In this document: positions 59,241 through 64,000 of the stretch, in pieces | Layout: each line of letters starts with the position of its first letter | Numbering within the stretch: position 1 is the stretch's first letter | From: Candidatus Omnitrophota bacterium | Lineage (GTDB): Bacteria; Omnitrophota; Gorgyraeia; Pluralincolimonadales; Pluralincolimonadaceae | Length of the DNA: 64,000 nucleotides | NCBI GenBank assembly: GCA_003141835.1 | Contig: PLNR01000005.1 | Span: forward strand, 126,289-190,288 | Direction: 5' to 3' | The notes under the pieces: model-generated | The model's database searches: none | Seen by the model: only the letters and a program-made list of their open reading frames with translations | Told to the model about the DNA's origin: nothing | Program-made: the position numbers and the translations under genes

Positions 59241-60230
59241 ATGTTGAAGATATATTATGAGAAAGACGCGGACCTGAATTTCTTGAAGGGTAAGAAAGTG
59301 GCGATAATCGGATACGGCAACCAGGGCCGCGCCCAGGCTATGAATTTAAGGGACAGCGGCGTAGAGGTCATAGTCTCCGAACTCGAGGGGACGCCGAATT
59401 ACGAGCAGGCGGTCAAGGACGGCTTCAAGCCGATGTCGGCCGAGACGGCCTCGAAACAGGCGCACGTGATCCAGATACTTACGCAGGACCATCTCCAGGC
59501 GAAGATATACAAGGCGTTCGTCGAGAAACACCTGACCGAGGGGAAGGCGCTCAATTTTTCGCACGGCTTCAACATCCATTTCAGGGGGATAGTCCCGCCG
59601 AAGAATGTCGATGTCTTCATGATAGCGCCGAAAGGGCCGGGTGCCTTGGTAAGGACCCAGTTTGAGGAAGGTAAAGGCGTCCCGTGCCTGGTCGCGGTCT
59701 ACCAGGACCACAGCGGCAACGCGCTGAAGACGGCGCTCGCTTACGCCAAGGGCATAGGCGGCACCAGGGCCGGCGTCATCGAGACGACGTTCAAAGAAGA
59801 GGTCGAGACCGACCTGTTCGGCGAGCAGGTTGTCCTGTGCGGCGGCGTTACCGAGCTCATCATGGCCGGTTTCGATACATTGGTCGACGCGGGATACCAG
59901 CCCGAGATCGCTTATTTCGAGTGCCTGCACGAGTTGAAGCTCATCACCGACCTGATCTATTCGCAGGGCATACAGGGGATGAGGCAGCGCGTCTCGGATA
60001 CCGCCAAGTACGGCGACCTTACGCGCGGCAAGAGGATAGTGACCGACGCGGCGCGCGCCGAGATGAAGATGATACTCAAGGACATACAATCCGGGGCGTT
60101 CGCGAAGGAATGGCTGGAAGAGAACGAAACGGGAAGGAAGAACTTCGACATGTTAATGAAAAGGGACGAAAACCATCTTATAGAGGTAGTCGGAAAGAAA
60201 CTTCGCAAAATGATGCCATGGATAAAATAA
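59241..60230 (+). CDS. ilvC: ketol-acid reductoisomerase
   Basis: Rossmann motif [19 protein letters not shown]. Confidence 0.9.
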   Translation: MLKIYYEKDADLNFLKGKKVAIIGYGNQGRAQAMNLRDSGVEVIVSELEGTPNYEQAVKDGFKPMSAETASKQAHVIQILTQDHLQAKIYKAFVEKHLTEGKALNFSHGFNIHFRGIVPPKNVDVFMIAPKGPGALVRTQFEEGKGVPCLVAVYQDHSGNALKTALAYAKGIGGTRAGVIETTFKEEVETDLFGEQVVLCGGVTELIMAGFDTLVDAGYQPEIAYFECLHELKLITDLIYSQGIQGMRQRVSDTAKYGDLTRGKRIVTDAARAEMKMILKDIQSGAFAKEWLEENETGRKNFDMLMKRDENHLIEVVGKKLRKMMPWIK

Positions 60231-61750
60231 TAATATTCGACACGACGTTGCGCGACGGCGAGCAATGCCCCGGCGCGTCCCTCGAGGCTCATGAGAAGCT
60301 CGAGGTAGCCAGGCAACTCGTGCGCCTTAACGTGGACGTGATAGAGGCGGGCTTCCCGATATCCTCGCCCGGCGACTTCGCGGCGGTGAAGTCCATCGCC
60401 CATAAGATAAAAGGCCCCGTTATATGCGGCCTCGCCAGGTGCATGAAGAAGGACATCGAGGCGGCCGGTGAAGCCATCAAGCCCGCGAAGAAGAAACGCA
60501 TACACATATTCCTGGCGACATCGAAGATACACATGAAGTATAAGTTGCGCAAGGCCGAGGACGAGATAGTGAAACTCGCCGTGGAAGGCGTGAAGTACGC
60601 CCGCAATTATACGGATGATGTCGAATTCTCGCCGGAAGACGCCTCGAGGAGCGAGAAGGAGTTCCTCTACCGCGTGATCGAGCAGGTGATAATCGCCGGC
60701 GCGACCACGATAAACGTCCCCGACACTGTCGGCTACGCTATACCCGAGGAGTTCGGCGGCTTGATACGCGACATAAAGAACCATGTGCCGAACATAGGCA
60801 GGGCGGTGATAAGCGTCCATTGCCATAACGACCTCGGCCTCGGAACGGCGAATTCCATTGCCGCTATAAAGAGCGGCGCCAGGCAGATAGAGTGCACGAT
60901 AAACGGAATAGGCGAACGCGCCGGCAACGCCTCCCTTGAAGAGGTCGTCATGGCCGTAAAGACCAGGAGCGATTTCTTCAGTAATTTCTCCACCGGCATA
61001 GTTACCGAGGAGATCTACAAGGCGAGCAGGCTCGTCTCGAAATTGACCGGCATCATGGTCCAGCCGAACAAGGCGATAGTCGGCCAGAATGCGTTCGCGC
61101 ATGAGTCGGGCATACACCAGGACGGCATATTAAAGAAACGCACGACATACGAGATAATGAGCCCGCAGGAGATAGGTTTGAGCGCTTCCAGCCTTGTCTT
61201 GGGCAAGCATTCGGGCCGCCACGCTTTTGCCGAGAAGATGAAGAAGCTTGGCTACACGATGGGCGACGCCGAGATAGAGAAGGCGTTCGAGCGTTTCAAG
61301 GCGTTGTCAGACAAGAAAAAGTTCATCTACGACGAGGACCTTGAAACGTTAATGGAGGACGGTACCGGAGGGTTTAGCGAGACGTGGAAGATGGTCTCGT
61401 TCCGCACGACCGCGGGAACGGATATCGCCCCGGTCGCCGAGGTAAAGCTCCGCTCGAAGGCCGGCGTAAAGACAGCCGAAGCCGGGGGCGACGGCCCTGT
61501 CGACGCGTGCTGCAAGGCGATCGACAAGATAACCAAGACCAAGGGCGAGATGATGGACTATTCCATAAAGGCGGTCACAAAGGGCAAGGACGCGTTGGGC
61601 GAGGTCACGGTGCGCGTGCGCTCGAAAGATAAGGAGGCGATAGGGAAATCGGCTTCCACGGACGTGATCGAGGCGAGCGCGAAGGCGTACCTCAACGCGG
61701 TGAACAAATTGTTACACAAGGAAAATAAGAGATTGAAAATTGAGATCTAA
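60218..61750 (+). CDS. leuA: 2-isopropylmalate synthase
   Basis: [11 protein letters not shown] and [13 protein letters not shown] motifs. The ATG at 60218 overlaps the ilvC stop; the longer ORF from 59684 is rejected. Confidence 0.9.
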   Translation: MDKIIIFDTTLRDGEQCPGASLEAHEKLEVARQLVRLNVDVIEAGFPISSPGDFAAVKSIAHKIKGPVICGLARCMKKDIEAAGEAIKPAKKKRIHIFLATSKIHMKYKLRKAEDEIVKLAVEGVKYARNYTDDVEFSPEDASRSEKEFLYRVIEQVIIAGATTINVPDTVGYAIPEEFGGLIRDIKNHVPNIGRAVISVHCHNDLGLGTANSIAAIKSGARQIECTINGIGERAGNASLEEVVMAVKTRSDFFSNFSTGIVTEEIYKASRLVSKLTGIMVQPNKAIVGQNAFAHESGIHQDGILKKRTTYEIMSPQEIGLSASSLVLGKHSGRHAFAEKMKKLGYTMGDAEIEKAFERFKALSDKKKFIYDEDLETLMEDGTGGFSETWKMVSFRTTAGTDIAPVAEVKLRSKAGVKTAEAGGDGPVDACCKAIDKITKTKGEMMDYSIKAVTKGKDALGEVTVRVRSKDKEAIGKSASTDVIEASAKAYLNAVNKLLHKENKRLKIEI

Positions 61751-62609
61751 AAAAAGCGGAAGGACCGAAGTATTCGGGATAATCGGGTTCCCGGTCAAGC
61801 ACACATTATCGCCGCATTTTCAAAATGCGGCATTCGCTTCTCTGGGGATGGATGCCGTATACATACCGTTCGAGGTCCCGCCGGAAAAACTGAAGCCGGC
61901 GTTCGCCAGCATAAAGGCGCTGGGATTATCCGGGATCAATGTGACGATCCCGCATAAACAGGCGGTCTTGCCGCTGGTAGATGCGCTTTCGCCGGAGGTA
62001 AAAGGTATCGGCGCCGCGAACACTATTGTCTTCAGGGGCGGAAGATCCAAGGCCTACAACACCGACGGCGAGGGGTTCATCCGTTCGCTCAAAAGCGACC
62101 TGAAGGTAAACCCTAAAGGCAGGTCGGTTTTGTTGTTCGGCTGCGGCGGGGCTGCGAAGGCGATCGCGTTCGTCCTGGCCAGGGAGGGCGCAAAAAATAT
62201 CACTTTTGTCGACCAGGTTGAGAAGAGGGCGAAGGAGCTGGCCGCCAAGACGAAAAAAGATTTCCCGCGCTGCGGGACTACATATATCCCGTTCTCGGGT
62301 CCGCGGATAAAAGAAGAGGTCCTGGATTCGGACCTGCTCGTAAACGCGAGCCCGGTCGGGATGCATAAAGGCGACCCGTGTATCGTGGATCCGACAGCGC
62401 TGCATAAAGGCCTGGCGGTTTACGATATTGTATATAATCCTCCGGCGACGCCCCTGCTGAAAGAGGCGAAGAAAAGGGGGATCAAGGCGGCGAACGGATT
62501 GGGCATGCTTTTGTACCAGGGAGCGCTCTCGTTCGAATTTTTCACCGGGAAGAAGGCGCCCGTACCGGTGATGCGCGCGGCGCTCAAGAAAGCCGTAAAA
62601 AAATGCTGA
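61740..62609 (+). CDS. aroE: shikimate dehydrogenase
   Basis: GIIGFPVKHTLSP N-terminal motif and NAD(P) Rossmann motif GCGGAAKAIAF. Confidence 0.8.
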   Translation: MRSKKSGRTEVFGIIGFPVKHTLSPHFQNAAFASLGMDAVYIPFEVPPEKLKPAFASIKALGLSGINVTIPHKQAVLPLVDALSPEVKGIGAANTIVFRGGRSKAYNTDGEGFIRSLKSDLKVNPKGRSVLLFGCGGAAKAIAFVLAREGAKNITFVDQVEKRAKELAAKTKKDFPRCGTTYIPFSGPRIKEEVLDSDLLVNASPVGMHKGDPCIVDPTALHKGLAVYDIVYNPPATPLLKEAKKRGIKAANGLGMLLYQGALSFEFFTGKKAPVPVMRAALKKAVKKC

Positions 62610-63382
62610 ACGCCATAATATACGTTTTTGTTTTTTTCTTCGGCGCGGTCGTAGGCAGTTTTTTGAATGTCTGCATATACAGGCTGCCGCGGGGGGAATC
62701 GATAGTATTCCCCGGGTCGCACTGCCCGGGATGCCGGAGGCCGATACCGTGGTATTTGAATATCCCGTTCGCGAGCTATCTTGCGCTCCGCGGCAGGTGC
62801 GCCTATTGCAAGGCGAAGATCTCTTTCAGGTATTTCGCGGTAGAAGGGTTGACCGCGCTGATGTTTATCGCCGTCTACTGGCGGTTCAAGACGACCCCGG
62901 ATTTCGTGATATATACGGCGCTTTTTTCGGCGCTGATAGTAGTATCGTTCATAGATATCGAGCATTGGATAATACCGGATGAGGTGACGATCCCGGGGGC
63001 GGTGATAGGGCTGCTGGTCAGCGCGGCATACCCCAGGTTCCAGGGCGAGGCCTTAAGGCTTTGGGCCCTGGGCGATTCGCTATTCGGGATGGTCTTCGGT
63101 TTCGTTTCGCTCTACCTTATAGGCGTGCTCGGGAAGATAGCTTACAAGAAAGAGGCGATGGGTGGAGGCGACCTGATGCTGTTCATGTTCATCGGCGCTT
63201 TCCTGGGATGGAAGCTAACGGTTGCGGCTTTCTTCCTTGCGCCTGTGTTCGGCTCGCTCGTAGGCGTACCGAAATTATTGATGAAAAAACAGGACACGAT
63301 ACAATACGGCCCGTTCCTTGTCCTTGCGGCTTTTGTGTGCGTCATGTTCAAGGAAGACATACTTTTATATTTCCCCATATAG
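62603..63382 (+). CDS. pilD: prepilin leader peptidase / N-methyltransferase (A24 family)
   Basis: Zinc tetrad CPGC...CAYC in the N-terminal cytoplasmic loop; polytopic; conserved Asp-containing TM motifs. Confidence 0.8.
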   Translation: MLNAIIYVFVFFFGAVVGSFLNVCIYRLPRGESIVFPGSHCPGCRRPIPWYLNIPFASYLALRGRCAYCKAKISFRYFAVEGLTALMFIAVYWRFKTTPDFVIYTALFSALIVVSFIDIEHWIIPDEVTIPGAVIGLLVSAAYPRFQGEALRLWALGDSLFGMVFGFVSLYLIGVLGKIAYKKEAMGGGDLMLFMFIGAFLGWKLTVAAFFLAPVFGSLVGVPKLLMKKQDTIQYGPFLVLAAFVCVMFKEDILLYFPI

Positions 63383-63393
63383 GAGGGTAGGAG

Positions 63394-64000
63394 ATGCTAA
63401 GATATTTGACCGCGGGTGAATCTCACGGAAAAGTTTTATTGGGCATCCTCGAGGGCATGCCGGCCGGCCTCAAGGTCGAGAAGGGCCAGATAAACATCGA
63501 GCTTAAACGCAGGCAGTCCGGTTTCGGGCGCGGGGCCAGGATGGCCATAGAGACGGATACCGTCCAGATACTCGGCGGGCTGCGCAAAGGCGTGACCATA
63601 GGCAGCCCTATCGCTTTACTGGTAGAGAACAAGGATGCCTCGATAGATTCCCTTCCGCCTATCACAAGGCCGCGGCCCGGGCATGCCGACCTGGCAGGAG
63701 CGATAAAGTATGACAGGCAGGATATCCGCGACATATTAGAGAGGGCGAGCGCGCGCGAGACCGCGATGCGCGTCGCCGTAGGCTCTGTTTGCAAGATGCT
63801 TTTGGAAGAGTTCGGCATAAGGATAGCCAGCCATGTCATCGAGATAGGCGGCGCCGCAAACCAGAAGGAGATGCTGAAGAAAGTCGAGGAGTGCACGAAG
63901 ACCGGCGATACCATCGGCGGGGTCTGCGAGATAACGGCCGCAGGCGTGCCTATCGGCCTGGGCAGCCATGTACAGTCTGACAGGCGGCTCGACGCGAAGA
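63394..64000 (+). CDS. aroC: chorismate synthase (3' partial, runs off window)
   Basis: Own translation from ATG 63394 gives [26 protein letters not shown]...RPGHAD, the chorismate synthase N-terminal signature. It is absent from the ORF track because no stop occurs before the window end. Confidence 0.85.
   Translation, partial: MLRYLTAGESHGKVLLGILEGMPAGLKVEKGQINIELKRRQSGFGRGARMAIETDTVQILGGLRKGVTIGSPIALLVENKDASIDSLPPITRPRPGHADLAGAIKYDRQDIRDILERASARETAMRVAVGSVCKMLLEEFGIRIASHVIEIGGAANQKEMLKKVEECTKTGDTIGGVCEITAAGVPIGLGSHVQSDRRLDAK

Noticed and set aside
59684-60217. Long in-frame N-terminal extension of leuA (ORF 59684..61750, 688 aa) overlapping ilvC
   Set aside because: The extension is Arg/Gly-rich low-complexity sequence typical of GC-rich shadow frames, and ilvC occupies the same DNA in another frame. 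Canonical leuA starts with [16 protein letters not shown] at 60218, overlapping the ilvC stop.
1-64000. CRISPR arrays, rRNA, tRNA, IS elements or transposases
   Set aside because: No regularly spaced direct repeats, no rRNA-like conserved blocks, no tRNA-like structures in the longer intergenic gaps, and no DDE/transposase or terminal-inverted-repeat signatures were seen. The only mobile-element signal is the integron.

Overview
This is a GC-rich bacterial chromosome segment. It is densely packed with housekeeping genes, nearly all on the + strand, and carries a roughly 10-kb chromosomal integron between about 45.2 and 55.3 kb.

Core genes recognised from conserved motifs:
- comEC (5' partial), a PilZ protein, BamD-like and LptE-like lipoproteins, holA, rpsT (- strand), murJ, a short UvrC, an MGMT-domain protein, and prfB with its programmed +1 frameshift.
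- secA, lnt, lysS, lolC/E-lolD, ilvE, mcsA-mcsB-clpC, and an AsmA-like gene followed by mlaEFD.
- A YacL-like PIN/TRAM gene followed by ispD, ispF, cysE and cysS; two orphan sugar-ABC permeases; and tmk, holB, ricT/yaaT, metG and a TatD-radical-SAM fusion.
- A CPBP protease, a DUF362 Fe-S protein, mtnA, thiL, tsaE, tsaB, alr and two alpha/beta hydrolases.
- After the integron: ilvD, ilvB, ilvN, ilvC, leuA, aroE, a prepilin peptidase and aroC (3' partial).

The gene order is strikingly Bacillus-like: mcsAB-clpC ... yacL-ispDF-cysES ... tmk-holB-yaaT-metG-tatD. The organism is nevertheless clearly diderm (BamD, LptE, LolCDE, Mla, Lnt).

The integron consists of a - strand integron integrase (intI, about 45281-46582), divergent Pint and Pc promoters with a repeated 12-bp palindrome, and an attI crossover at 46755. 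A + strand cassette array follows, with four well-formed attC sites and several decayed ones. The cassettes carry a Cys-rich unknown protein, a type II restriction-modification pair, a BrnT/BrnA toxin-antitoxin, a HicB-like protein with a 4-TM membrane partner, a solo HEPN (Rx4HxY) protein and several secreted or membrane proteins of unknown function. Many cassettes are AT-rich against the GC-rich host background.

No rRNA, tRNA, CRISPR array or transposase was recognised. Numerous antisense and alternate-frame ORFs in the supplied track are GC-driven shadow ORFs and were not called.
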